Part shown: one piece after another, positions 1-9,517 of the stretch
How the letters are laid out: each line of letters begins with the position of its first letter
Position numbering within the stretch: position 1 is the stretch's first letter
From: Solirubrobacterales bacterium
GTDB taxonomy: Bacteria > Actinomycetota > Thermoleophilia > Solirubrobacterales > 70-9
NCBI GenBank assembly: GCA_035940865.1
Contig: DASZEL010000002.1
Location: 75,592-139,591, forward strand
Direction of reading: 5' to 3'
DNA length: 64,000 bases
Program-made: the position numbers and the translations under genes
Notes under the pieces: model-generated
Databases searched by the model: none
What the model was told of the DNA's origin: nothing
The model's input: the letters and a program-made list of their open reading frames with translations, nothing else

Positions 1-1866
1 GCGCCGATGGCGATGCACGGCCGCCTCAGCCGGGTGATGCACGAAGGCAAGGGCCTGTTCAAAGGGGTTCCACAGGGTTTTTCGGTCGTCCGCTACCACT
101 CGCTCGCGATCACCACCCCGCCCGGCCCGGAAGGGAGCATCGTCGCCTGGTCTGACGATGGTGTCGTGATGGGGGTCGAGCACACGAAGCGGCCGATCTG
201 GGGCGTCCAGTTCCACCCGGAGTCGATCTCGACCGAGTACGGGCTGAAGATCGCCGAGAACTTCTTCGAGCTGGCGGCGCAGCACCGGCGCGAGGTCGAG
301 CGGCCCGCCGGTCGGGCGATGATCGCCCCCCGCAGCTCCCGCCGGGCGCCGGCGCCCGAGCCGGCCGAGTGCGGCGAGCTGGAGCTGCGGATGCGGACGA
401 TCGAGGGGCAGGCGCCGACCGAGCACGTCTACGAACGGCTCTTCGCCGACGCCGAGACCTCCTTCTGGCTCGACAGCGCCGACGCTCCGACCTGGCTCGC
501 CCAGTGCTCCTACATGGGCACCACCGGCGGCGCCGACCGCTGCGCCGTCACCTACGACGTCGACAGTGGCGAGCTCGCGATCGACCGCGGCGGTGTCGAG
601 ACGATCGAGCGCAAGTCGATCTTCGACTACCTCGACCGCGAGCTGAAGCGGATCGCGGTCGAGCCGCCGGAGGGCGTCGACCGCGGCCTCGTCGGCGGCT
701 ACGTCGGCTATCTCGGCTACGAGCTGAAGGCCGACTGCGGCTCGACCAACGTCCACAGCTCCGACATGCCCGACGCGGCGATGATGCTCGCCAACCGGGT
801 CGTCGCCGTCGACCACACCAAGAACCTCACCTACGTCTTTGCCCTCTGTCGCGGCGAGGATCCCGAGGCGGAGCTTTGGCTGGAGGCGGCGCGTGACCTG
901 ATCGAGGCGGCGATCGCCAACCCGCCGGCCGAGCGGCCGCTGGCGCCGCCGGTGGATCCCGGCGGTCACGTCTGCTTCCAGTCCGGCCGCGGTCGCGAGC
1001 GCTACCTCGCAGACATCGCCAAGTCGCAGGCCGAACTGCTCGCCGGCGAGTCCTACGAGGTCTGCCTCACCGACCAGTTCTCGACCGACGCCAGCCCGGA
1101 GCCGTTCGACCTCTACCGGCAGCTGCGCCGCAGCAACCCCTCGCCGTTCGCCGCCTTCCTGCGCTTCGGCGAGTACGCGGTCGTCAGCTCCTCGCCCGAG
1201 CGCTTCCTCTCGGTCGATCGCGAGCGCCAGGTGATGGCGCGGCCGATCAAGGGAACGATCTCGCGGGTCGAAGACCCGGCCGAGGACGCCGCCCGCCGCC
1301 AGGAGCTGGAAGGGGACGAGAAGACCTACGCCGAGCACCTGATGATCGTCGATCTGCTCCGCAACGACCTCGGCGTCGTCTGCGACGTCGACAGCGTCGC
1401 GGTGCCGGACCTGATGGTGGTCGAGCCTTACGCGACCGTGCACCAGATGGTCTCGACGATCGTCGGCCGCCTCGAGGACGGCCGCAGCCCGGTCGACTGC
1501 GTCCGCGCCACCTTCCCCGGCGGCTCGATGACCGGCGCCCCGAAGCAGCGGACGATGGAGATCATCGACGACCTCGAGGAGGAGGCGCGCGGCGTCTACT
1601 CGGGATCGATCGGCTACTTCGGCGCCGACGGCTCGACCGACCTCAACATCGTCATCCGCACGATCGTGATGCGGCCCGGCCGGACGACGATCGGCGCCGG
1701 CGGCGCCATCGTCATGCAGTCAGACCCGCAGGACGAGTTCGACGAGATCCTGCTGAAGGCGCGTGCCCCGATGGCGGCGGTCGCCCGCACCGTCACCGGC
1801 AGCGTGTCTCCCGACGCTTGGAGCGTCGAGCTGGAGCCCGCTGCTCGGCACGCGGAGGCGGCGTGA
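1..1866 (+). CDS. pabAB: Aminodeoxychorismate synthase, fused glutamine amidotransferase + chorismate-binding component (PabA-PabB fusion). The 5' end lies upstream of the window.
   Basis: The frame is open to base 1. The N-terminal part (VVRYHSLAI, GVQFHPES) is the C-terminal half of a class-I GATase. The remainder carries chorismate-utilising motifs: SPERFL, PIKGT (Lys as in PabB, not the Ala of TrpE), FPGGSMTGAPK, GVYSGSIGY. Confidence 0.85.
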   Translation, partial: APMAMHGRLSRVMHEGKGLFKGVPQGFSVVRYHSLAITTPPGPEGSIVAWSDDGVVMGVEHTKRPIWGVQFHPESISTEYGLKIAENFFELAAQHRREVERPAGRAMIAPRSSRRAPAPEPAECGELELRMRTIEGQAPTEHVYERLFADAETSFWLDSADAPTWLAQCSYMGTTGGADRCAVTYDVDSGELAIDRGGVETIERKSIFDYLDRELKRIAVEPPEGVDRGLVGGYVGYLGYELKADCGSTNVHSSDMPDAAMMLANRVVAVDHTKNLTYVFALCRGEDPEAELWLEAARDLIEAAIANPPAERPLAPPVDPGGHVCFQSGRGRERYLADIAKSQAELLAGESYEVCLTDQFSTDASPEPFDLYRQLRRSNPSPFAAFLRFGEYAVVSSSPERFLSVDRERQVMARPIKGTISRVEDPAEDAARRQELEGDEKTYAEHLMIVDLLRNDLGVVCDVDSVAVPDLMVVEPYATVHQMVSTIVGRLEDGRSPVDCVRATFPGGSMTGAPKQRTMEIIDDLEEEARGVYSGSIGYFGADGSTDLNIVIRTIVMRPGRTTIGAGGAIVMQSDPQDEFDEILLKARAPMAAVARTVTGSVSPDAWSVELEPAARHAEAA

Positions 1867-2366
1867 CCGAACCGGTGGCAACTCAATCAACCGTGCGGGA
1901 GGCTGACAACGGGGACGTCGAGGAGGTCACGACCGCGGTCGGGAGCCTCCTCCTCGAGCTCGGCGGTCGTACGCCTGCGCGGGCGGAGATGGAGGCGGAG
2001 GTACAAGCTTTGCTCGACGACCCGCAGGGCGGGTCGGTGCTGATCGCGGAGGCCGACGAGAAGATCGTCGGCGTCCTCACCGCGAGCTGGCAGCGGGCGA
2101 TACACGTTCCCGGCGTCTACGCGACGATCCAAGACCTCTGGGTCGATGAGGTTTGGCGCAGTCGCGGCGTCGGAGCGGAACTGGTCGAGGCGATCGCGTC
2201 CCAGGCGCGAACCCGCGGTGTCAGCCGGCTTGAGGTCGGCCTGCCGCGGGAGACCTTCGCGGCGATCGCTTCGACCGAGTCCTTCTACCGCCGCAACGGC
2301 TTCGAGCACCTCGGGCCGCGGATGCGGAGGCTGCTCGACGCGGAAGAAAGCGAAGCGCAGGCATGA
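1863..2366 (+). CDS. GNAT-family N-acetyltransferase
   Basis: An in-frame GTG at 1863 overlaps the pabAB stop (GTGA). The acetyl-CoA-binding-like motif WVDEVWRSRGVGAELVE and the C-terminal FYRRNGF are typical of GNAT proteins. Confidence 0.75.
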   Translation: MTEPVATQSTVREADNGDVEEVTTAVGSLLLELGGRTPARAEMEAEVQALLDDPQGGSVLIAEADEKIVGVLTASWQRAIHVPGVYATIQDLWVDEVWRSRGVGAELVEAIASQARTRGVSRLEVGLPRETFAAIASTESFYRRNGFEHLGPRMRRLLDAEESEAQA

Positions 2367-3325
2367 GTGAGCTCCTGATGGTGGAGCAGCGGCAGGGTTG
2401 CGACGACGACGCCTTCTGGGTGCGGGAAGGCGACCGCAAGATCCCGGGGCAGGACGGCAACCGGCGCCTGGTCGAGCTGCGCGCCGGGCTGGTGCGCCAC
2501 TCGCGGGTGCGGTCGGTCGCCGCCGATGCTCCCGACGAGGAGGTCGAGCGGACGCTGGCGGCGCTGCACGAGGCCGCCTACCTGCAGGCGCTGGCCGAAG
2601 TTCGCTCTGCCGAGCCGGTGGTGATGACGGACTTCGCCCCGCCCGGCCTCGAGCCCGACATCCCCGTCAACGCCAACCTCGTCGCCGCCGCCCGCGAGGG
2701 CATCCGCACCTCGATCACCGCCGCCGAGCGCCTGCTCGGAGGGGCCCGCTTCACCTACGCCGTCTGCCGTCCCCCCGGCCACCACGCCGGCCCGGCCTTC
2801 CAGGCGGGCTACTGCTACCTCAACAACGCCGCCGCCGCGGTCCGCCGCCTCTCCGACGGCGGTGTGAAGCCGGTCGGGATCATCGACCTCGACCTCCACT
2901 ACCCGAACGGGACCTCGGCGCTGGTCGAGCGGATGGGCCCCTTCGTCGCCCTGCACTCGCTGCACGCCGCACCGGTGACCAACCTGCCCCCGGGCACGCC
3001 GCTGCCGCGCTTGGCCGGCGAACGCGCCGTCGCCTTCCTCGAGAGCCCTACGGAAGAGACCTACCTGGAGGAGGTCGCGCACTCGATCCACGACCTCTCC
3101 GAGATCGCCCGGGCGCTGGTCGTCTCGCTCGGCTACGACACGGTCGCCGGCGATCCCCACGGCGGCTGGAGCTTCCGGCCGGAGATCTTCGCCGAGGTCG
3201 GGCGCTTGCTCGCCCGCTCCGGGTTGCCGGTCTGCGTGATCCAGGAGGGCGGCTACGCGCTCGATGAGCTCGCCGCTTGCAGCCACGCCTTCGCCACCGG
3301 GCTGCTGGGGGAGGAGGACCGATGA
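2363..3325 (+). CDS. Histone-deacetylase/acetylpolyamine-amidohydrolase family deacetylase (arginase-deacetylase superfamily)
   Basis: ATGA overlap with the GNAT stop. It carries the classical HDAC active-site block CRPPGHHAGPAFQAGYCYLNNAAAA, then IIDLDLHYPNGT and SLGYDT..GDP. Confidence 0.85.
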   Translation: MSELLMVEQRQGCDDDAFWVREGDRKIPGQDGNRRLVELRAGLVRHSRVRSVAADAPDEEVERTLAALHEAAYLQALAEVRSAEPVVMTDFAPPGLEPDIPVNANLVAAAREGIRTSITAAERLLGGARFTYAVCRPPGHHAGPAFQAGYCYLNNAAAAVRRLSDGGVKPVGIIDLDLHYPNGTSALVERMGPFVALHSLHAAPVTNLPPGTPLPRLAGERAVAFLESPTEETYLEEVAHSIHDLSEIARALVVSLGYDTVAGDPHGGWSFRPEIFAEVGRLLARSGLPVCVIQEGGYALDELAACSHAFATGLLGEEDR

Positions 3326-3657
3326 GTAGCGGCACCGCAGCCGGCGCCAGCGCAGAGGGGCTCGAGCCCTACCGCCGCCGCCTCGACGAGATCGATGAGG
3401 CGATCGCGAAGCTGTTCGGCGAGCGTTTGCAGATCTGCCGCGAAGTCGCGGTCTATAAGCATGAGCACGAGATCCCGATGATGCAGCCCGACCGGGTGAA
3501 GATCGTCCGCGAGCGCTACCTCAGCCGCGGCGCCGCATACGACCTGCCGGAAGAGTTCAGCTCCGACCTCTTCGAGCTGCTGATCGCCACCACCTGCAGG
3601 CTCGAGGACGAGCTGATGGACGAACTGGCGGCGCAGGAGGGGAGGGAGGCCGCATGA
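3322..3657 (+). CDS. AroQ-type chorismate mutase-like protein (a possible 4-amino-4-deoxychorismate mutase, PapB-like)
   Basis: ATG at 3322 overlaps the HDAC stop (ATGA) and follows GGGGGAGGAGGA. The sequence YRRRLDEIDEAIAKLFGERLQICREVAVYKHEH..PMMQPDRV matches the AroQ helical chorismate mutase pattern. Confidence 0.8.
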   Translation: MSSGTAAGASAEGLEPYRRRLDEIDEAIAKLFGERLQICREVAVYKHEHEIPMMQPDRVKIVRERYLSRGAAYDLPEEFSSDLFELLIATTCRLEDELMDELAAQEGREAA

Positions 3658-4994
3658 GCCACCCCAAGGGCAAGTTGCCGCCTGGCCCGAAGATGCCGCG
3701 CGCCCTGCAGGCGGTCGGCTGGACGCAGCGGCCTCTGCCCTGGCTCGAGCGCTGCCACCGTCGCTACGGCGACACCTTCAGCTTGCGCATCCGCCACTAC
3801 GGCGACTGGGTTCTGCTCGCCGACCCCGACGACGTCAAAAAGGTCTTCACCGCCGGCCGGGCGGTCGGTGCCGCCACCGCCAACCCGCTGCTGGGGCCGC
3901 TGCTCGGCCCGCGTTCGGTGATGCTGCTGGAAGAACCCGAGCACTTGACCCGGCGCAAACTGATGCTGCCTTCCTTTCACGGCCAAGCGGTGCAGGCGGA
4001 CTCGGAGATGATGGCCCAGGTGGCGCGGCAGGAGATCGCCCGCTGGCCGGCGGGGGAGCCGTTCGCGCTCTGGCCGCGGATGCAGGACATCACCCTCGAC
4101 GTGGTCATGCGCGCCGTCTTCGGCCCCGATTCGGATTCGCCGCGCCTGCAGCCGCTGCGCGAACGGCTGCGTGGGCTCACCACCTGGATGAACGAACCGC
4201 GCAACCTGGCGATGCTCGCCGCCTTCGGTCCCGGCTGGGTGATCCGCAGCCGTGGCTACCGCGAGGCGATGGGAGCGGTCGAGGAGGCGGTGATGGAGGA
4301 GGTGCGGCGGCGCAAGGGGGAAGCGGAAGGCGGCGCGCTCGGGGTCGTCTCGATGCTGGTCGGTGCCGAATACGAGGACGGCTCGCCGCTCTCTGACCAG
4401 GACCTGCGCGACGAACTGGTGACGCTGCTCTCCGACGGGCCGACCTCGAGCACGCTCGCCTGGACCTTCGAGCGCCTCCTGCGCAACCCGGACAAACTCG
4501 AGCTGCTGCGCGACGACATCCTCGGCGGCGACGGCACCTACCTCGACGCGGTGGTGAAGGAGACGCTGCGGCTGCGGCCGCCGGTCCCGGTGGTGGTCCG
4601 CACCCTGCTGGAGCCGATGACGCTCGGCGGGTACCACCTCCCGGCGGGGACCACGGTCGCGCCCTGCATCCACCTGATCCACCGCGACGGGCGCTGGTAT
4701 CAAGAGCCGCACCGCTTTCTGCCGGAGCGCTTCGTCGGCAAACAGCCCGGCACCTACACCTGGATCCCGTTCGGCGGCGGCGTCCGGCGCTGCCTTGCCG
4801 CCAGCTACGCGGAAATGGAGATGAAGCGGGTGCTGCGGATCGTCCTCGAGTCGACCGAACTGCGCGCGGTCGAGAGCGACTCCGAGCGCGCCCGCAAAAG
4901 CGCGATCGCCTTCGCCCCGGACCAGAAGGGGCTGGTGATCGCCGAACCGAGAGAGACCGATACGGCCGGGGACAAGACCCTGGCGCCCGTCTAG
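3654..4994 (+). CDS. Cytochrome P450
   Basis: ATGA overlap with the upstream stop. It has the EXXR motif (ETLRLRPP) and the heme-Cys loop FGGGVRRCLAASYAEME. Confidence 0.9.
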   Translation: MSHPKGKLPPGPKMPRALQAVGWTQRPLPWLERCHRRYGDTFSLRIRHYGDWVLLADPDDVKKVFTAGRAVGAATANPLLGPLLGPRSVMLLEEPEHLTRRKLMLPSFHGQAVQADSEMMAQVARQEIARWPAGEPFALWPRMQDITLDVVMRAVFGPDSDSPRLQPLRERLRGLTTWMNEPRNLAMLAAFGPGWVIRSRGYREAMGAVEEAVMEEVRRRKGEAEGGALGVVSMLVGAEYEDGSPLSDQDLRDELVTLLSDGPTSSTLAWTFERLLRNPDKLELLRDDILGGDGTYLDAVVKETLRLRPPVPVVVRTLLEPMTLGGYHLPAGTTVAPCIHLIHRDGRWYQEPHRFLPERFVGKQPGTYTWIPFGGGVRRCLAASYAEMEMKRVLRIVLESTELRAVESDSERARKSAIAFAPDQKGLVIAEPRETDTAGDKTLAPV

Positions 4995-5004
4995 GAGAGC
5001 ACGA

Positions 5005-6372
5005 ATGAGTTCTCCGAGCGACAGCGACATCCTCATCGTCGGCGCCGGCGCCAAGGCTGCGGCCCTGGCGGCGAAGGTGCACACGATCAACACCCTCGGC
5101 CTCGCCGAGATCTCGATGACGGTGATCGAGAAAACCGAGCCGGCCGCCTCCTGGCTGGGACGCAACGGGATGACTTCAGGCGAGGAGCCGCTGGCGATCC
5201 CGCCGATCAAGGACGTCGGCTTCCCGTACCAGAGCTCACGCCAGTTCGGCGAGCGCGGCGACGAAATCGACGCGGCGCTGCTGCCGCTGACCTGGCAGCG
5301 CTTCGCGATGGAACGCCACGAATACGCAGCCTGGGTTAACTCGGGTTCTCCCTCGGTGCTGCACCGCGACTACGGCGAGTACCTGGGCTGGGTGCTGGAG
5401 CGGGCGACGGAGGGGGTGACCCTCTACGACGGCAGGGTGACCGAGGTTTCGCTGGCCGAGGGGCACGATCGCTGGCAGGTGGAGGTCGCCGAGCGCGGCC
5501 GCCCGGAGGACCCCGAGCGCCACCTCGGCCGCTCCCTCGTCCTCACCGGTCCCGGCGTCCACCGCCACTTCCCCCACGACCCCGAGATCGAGTCGCGCGT
5601 CTTCCACTGCGACAGCCGCCGCGAGGAGTTCGCCCGGGTACCCGAGGACGAGGCGGTCGAGATCGCGATCATCGGGGGAGGGGAGAGCGCCCTCAGCGCC
5701 CTCGTCTTCCTTCGCGCCCTGCGGCCGCAGGCCCACCTCATCGTCTACACCCCGACCCTGCCGCTGAGTCGCGGCGAGAGCTTTCTCGAGAACCGGGTCT
5801 TCGCCGACCCCGACAACGTCGAATGGGAACACCTCGACATCGAAACGAGGCGCGACTTCGTCAAGCACTGCGACCGCGGCGTCTTCGACATGACGGTGCT
5901 CGAGCGGATCGCCGACGACACCCACTGCTCCTTCGTCACCGGCCGCGCTGTCCACGTCTCGCTCGCCGGCGATGGCGAGAGCGCCCTGCTCGAATTCGAG
6001 AGCCCCTCCCAGGGGCCCAGCTCCCAGCGCTACGACTTCGTCATCAACTGCACTGGCTTCGATTTGCTGCGCCAGCTGCGCGGCCTCTTCCCCGACGCAG
6101 TGCGCGACCAGGTTGAAGAACAGTGCGGCCCGCTGTGGGATGGTCCGCCTAAGACCGAGGTCCCGATCGGCCGTGGACTCGAACTGGAAGGCGTGCGCCC
6201 GCGGCTGCACATGCCCGGCCTCGGCGGCCTCCGCCAGGGCCCCGGCTTCGCCAACCTCGGCAGCCTCGGCCTGCTCGCCAACCGCGTCCTGCAACCGCTT
6301 CTAAGTGAACTGGATCCCTCTTTTGCAGGGATTTCTGAAACGATGGAAGACAAATCCTTATTACTCGATTAG
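5005..6372 (+). CDS. FAD/NAD(P)-binding oxidoreductase, SidA/IucD/PvdA-like (class B flavin N-hydroxylase-like)
   Basis: AGGAGAG lies upstream of the ATG. There are two dinucleotide-binding motifs (ILIVGAGAKAAA near the N-terminus, IAIIGGGESALS mid-protein) and a late FVINCTGF motif. The overall layout matches two-Rossmann flavin monooxygenases. Confidence 0.6.
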   Translation: MSSPSDSDILIVGAGAKAAALAAKVHTINTLGLAEISMTVIEKTEPAASWLGRNGMTSGEEPLAIPPIKDVGFPYQSSRQFGERGDEIDAALLPLTWQRFAMERHEYAAWVNSGSPSVLHRDYGEYLGWVLERATEGVTLYDGRVTEVSLAEGHDRWQVEVAERGRPEDPERHLGRSLVLTGPGVHRHFPHDPEIESRVFHCDSRREEFARVPEDEAVEIAIIGGGESALSALVFLRALRPQAHLIVYTPTLPLSRGESFLENRVFADPDNVEWEHLDIETRRDFVKHCDRGVFDMTVLERIADDTHCSFVTGRAVHVSLAGDGESALLEFESPSQGPSSQRYDFVINCTGFDLLRQLRGLFPDAVRDQVEEQCGPLWDGPPKTEVPIGRGLELEGVRPRLHMPGLGGLRQGPGFANLGSLGLLANRVLQPLLSELDPSFAGISETMEDKSLLLD

Positions 6373-6385
6373 GGAGAGGAGTTGG

Positions 6386-7915
6386 ATGTCGATGTTGTCC
6401 AAAATGAAGGGGTCGCTGCTGCTCACCGTGGCGCTCGTCGTCGGAGCGCTGGTGGTGGGGTGCGGCTCCTCTTCCTCATCCTCCTCGTCCTCGTCGGGTG
6501 ACCACAACTTCACCGGCGATGGTCAGCCGAACATCGATCTGGCCGGTAACCGCGAAGCCGAAAGCGAGATCAACAGCGGCAACGTCAGCCAGCTGAAAGA
6601 AGCCTGGTCGATCCCGGTCGAAGGCCAGGGGATCTACGGCAGCTACGCCTCGACCCCGATCATCGTCAACGGCGTCATCTACTCCCAAGACCTCGAATCC
6701 AACGTCTCGGCGATCGACCTCGAAAGCGGCGACGTCCTCTGGGACACCAAATTCGAATCGCCCAGCCACGGCCCCAACGGCCTCGCGGTGGCCGAAGGCC
6801 GCGTCTACGGCGCGACCAACGGCGGCGCCTTCGCGCTCGACCAGAAAACCGGCAAGGAACTTTGGCTGACCCAGTTGAACGGGCCGGTCGACATGGCGCC
6901 GGGCGTGAACGAAGGCAAGGTCTATGTCTCGACCGTCCCCGAGAACACCAGCGCCGAATACGAAGCCGGCGCGGTCGGCACGCTCTGGGCGATGGACGGC
7001 AAAAGCGGCAAAAAACTCTGGCACTTCGACACCGTGCCGAAAGACCTCTGGGGTGAACCGAACGTCAATTCCGGCGGCGGCCTCTGGTACCCGCCCTCCT
7101 TCGACAAAGCCGGCAACGTCTACGCCGGCACCGGCAACCCGGCGCCGCTGCCGGGGACGCCGAACAAACCCTGGGGCGAGAGCCGCCCCGGCGACAACCG
7201 CTACGCGGATTCGCTGGTCAAGCTCGACCCGAACACCGGCAAGCTCGACTGGTTCTACCAAGAGACCCCGCACAACATCTACGACTGGGACTTCCAGAAC
7301 TCCCCGATCATCACCAAATCGGGAGGCAAGGAAGTGGCGATCGGCTCCGGCAAGTCCGGCTACGTCGTCGCCGTCGACGTGAAGAGCGGCAAGGTCGTCT
7401 GGCGGACTCCGGTCGGCACCCACAACGGCCACGACAAAGACCCGCTCTACGCGATGAAAGGCGAATACAACAAGATCAAGAAGGGTGAAGCCTTCCCCGG
7501 TGCCTTGGGTGGAGTGATCGCGGCGATGGCCAGCGACGGCAAGCGCGTCTACGTGCCGATCGTCAACCACTCGATGACCGTGCGCAACGGCTATGAAGTG
7601 AGCGAAGAAAGCACCGCCACGGGCGAAGTCGCGGCAATCGACTTGCGCACCGGCAAGGTGGTCTGGAAAGCGCAGGTCCCGAGCCCCGCCTACGGCTCAC
7701 TCATCGTCAGCAACGACGTCGTCTTCGCGACCTCGGCCGAAGGCGTGATCCACGCCTTGAGCGCCAACAGCGGCGGTGAAATTTGGCAGGCGGCGCTGCC
7801 GTCAGGGACCAACGCCGGCGTGATGGTCAGCGGTGACATGCTCGTCACCGGCGCCGGCCTGCCGGTCGCCGAAGGGCAGACGGCGAAACTGGTCGCCTAC
7901 AAGCTCGGCGGGTAG
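6386..7915 (+). CDS. PQQ-like beta-propeller repeat lipoprotein (paralog 1)
   Basis: ATG at 6386 follows AGGGAGAGGA. The lipobox LVVGC is followed by a poly-Ser linker. Propeller-blade patterns repeat (VYGAT.., KVYVST.., GKxxW) as in quinoprotein/BamB-like propellers. Confidence 0.7.
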   Translation: MSMLSKMKGSLLLTVALVVGALVVGCGSSSSSSSSSSGDHNFTGDGQPNIDLAGNREAESEINSGNVSQLKEAWSIPVEGQGIYGSYASTPIIVNGVIYSQDLESNVSAIDLESGDVLWDTKFESPSHGPNGLAVAEGRVYGATNGGAFALDQKTGKELWLTQLNGPVDMAPGVNEGKVYVSTVPENTSAEYEAGAVGTLWAMDGKSGKKLWHFDTVPKDLWGEPNVNSGGGLWYPPSFDKAGNVYAGTGNPAPLPGTPNKPWGESRPGDNRYADSLVKLDPNTGKLDWFYQETPHNIYDWDFQNSPIITKSGGKEVAIGSGKSGYVVAVDVKSGKVVWRTPVGTHNGHDKDPLYAMKGEYNKIKKGEAFPGALGGVIAAMASDGKRVYVPIVNHSMTVRNGYEVSEESTATGEVAAIDLRTGKVVWKAQVPSPAYGSLIVSNDVVFATSAEGVIHALSANSGGEIWQAALPSGTNAGVMVSGDMLVTGAGLPVAEGQTAKLVAYKLGG

Positions 7916-7944
7916 CGGCTCCGGCGAGGGCGGGGAGGAAGAAG

Positions 7945-9456
7945 ATGTCCCGGCATCGAGCCGTGTCGCTGGCGGCTCTGATCCTGGTCGTGGGAGCTTT
8001 GGCGACCGGATGCGGCTCTTCTTCCTCCTCCTCTTCGCCGAGCCACAGCTTCACCGGCGACGCCTACCCCGGGGTGGACGCCGCCGCCACCCGCCACGTG
8101 GAGAGTCCGATCTACAGCGGCAACGTCAACCGGCTGAAGGTCGCCTGGTCGATCCCGATCGCAGGCAAAGGCGCGAACGGCAGCTACGCCTCGACCCCGG
8201 CGATCGTCAACGGCGTCGTCTACTCGCAGGACCTCGAATCCAACGTCCAGGCGATCGACCTCGAAAGCGGCGACGTCCTCTGGGAGAAGATGTACGAATC
8301 TCCGAGCCACGGTCCTAACGGGCTGGCGATCGCCGACGGCCGCGTCTACGGCGCCACCGCCTCGGAGGCCTTCGCCCTCGACCAGAAGAGCGGCAAGGGG
8401 CTCTGGAAGGTGTCGCTCGGCGGGACGGTTGACATGGCGCCGGGGGTGGACGGAGGCAGGGTCTACGCGTCCACGGTGCCGCAAACGCCCGACGGAGAGG
8501 AAAAGCCGGGGGCGGTCGGCACTCTGTGGGCCTTGGACGGCAAGACCGGGAAGAAGCTGTGGCACTTCGACACCGCTCCCGAAGGCCTCTGGGGTAAACC
8601 TAAGATCAACTCGGGCGGCGGCATCTGGTACCCGCCGAGCTTCGACGAGAAAGGCGATGCCTACGTCGGCACCGGCAGCCCTGCTCCGGCGCCCGGCACC
8701 GCTGAGCATCCGTGGGGATCGAGCCGGCCGGGGCGCAACCTCTACACCGATTCGATGCTCAAGCTCGACCCCGACACCGGGAAGTTGCTCTGGTACTACC
8801 AGGAGACGCCGCACGACATCTATGGGTGGGACTTCCAGAACTCGCCGATCGTCACCGAGTCGGGCAACAGGGAAGTCGCGATCGGCTCTGGCAAGGCCGG
8901 CTTCGTCGTCGCGGTCGACGTCAAGACGGGGAAACTGGTCTGGCGGATGCACGTCGGCATCCACAACGGCCACGACAAAGACCCGCTCTACGCGCTACGC
9001 GGCGAAGACGACAGGATCAGGACGGGGAGGGTCGAACCGGGGCTGCTGGGCGGTGTGATCGCGCCGCTGGCAAGCGACGACGAGCGCGTCTACGTGCCGA
9101 TCGTCGACCGTGCGATGACCCTCCGATCGGGCTCGGAGGTCGCCGAAGGCAATGCCGACACCGGGGAAGTCACGGCCCTCGATCTGGAGACGGGGGGCAT
9201 TCTCTGGGAGTCGAGCCTCAATTCCCCGATCTACGGCGCGCTGCTGGCCGTCAACGATCTCGTCTTCGCCACCTCGGCGGAAGGCTTCATCCACGCCCTC
9301 AACGTCAACAGCGGTAGCGAAGTGTGGGGGGCGAAGCTGCCGTCGGGGAGCAACGCCGGCGTGATGATCAGCGGCGACATGCTGGTCACCGGCGCCGGCC
9401 GGCCGACCGCCGATGGGCGGCCGGCGAGGCTGGTCGCCTACAAGCTCGGCGGTTAG
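7945..9456 (+). CDS. PQQ-like beta-propeller repeat lipoprotein (paralog 2)
   Basis: Lipobox LATGC plus a poly-Ser linker. It is collinear with, and highly similar to, the upstream gene (e.g. SYASTP.IVNGV.YSQDLESNV.AIDLESGDVLW is shared). Confidence 0.7.
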   Translation: MSRHRAVSLAALILVVGALATGCGSSSSSSSPSHSFTGDAYPGVDAAATRHVESPIYSGNVNRLKVAWSIPIAGKGANGSYASTPAIVNGVVYSQDLESNVQAIDLESGDVLWEKMYESPSHGPNGLAIADGRVYGATASEAFALDQKSGKGLWKVSLGGTVDMAPGVDGGRVYASTVPQTPDGEEKPGAVGTLWALDGKTGKKLWHFDTAPEGLWGKPKINSGGGIWYPPSFDEKGDAYVGTGSPAPAPGTAEHPWGSSRPGRNLYTDSMLKLDPDTGKLLWYYQETPHDIYGWDFQNSPIVTESGNREVAIGSGKAGFVVAVDVKTGKLVWRMHVGIHNGHDKDPLYALRGEDDRIRTGRVEPGLLGGVIAPLASDDERVYVPIVDRAMTLRSGSEVAEGNADTGEVTALDLETGGILWESSLNSPIYGALLAVNDLVFATSAEGFIHALNVNSGSEVWGAKLPSGSNAGVMISGDMLVTGAGRPTADGRPARLVAYKLGG

Positions 9457-9517
9457 CGCGACTGGGCAGTGTCGGCGGACCCCAGCCACCGGCCCGAATC
9501 GATATGACTCCGGGCCG

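Noticed and set aside
2285-3286. 333-aa minus-strand ORF, and similar antisense ORFs at 5236-6294, 6476-7570, 7897-8973, 22..23 kb, 24551-25726, 25635-26594 and 62852-63826
   Set aside because: Each lies antisense to a gene with strong family motifs, and each has the low-complexity composition expected of GC-rich shadow frames.
6467-6497. Short tandem TCC/TCG repeats (also at 8016-8038), considered as a microsatellite or CRISPR-like repeat
   Set aside because: They are in-frame poly-Ser linkers after lipobox cysteines. No spacer-repeat organisation exists anywhere in the window.
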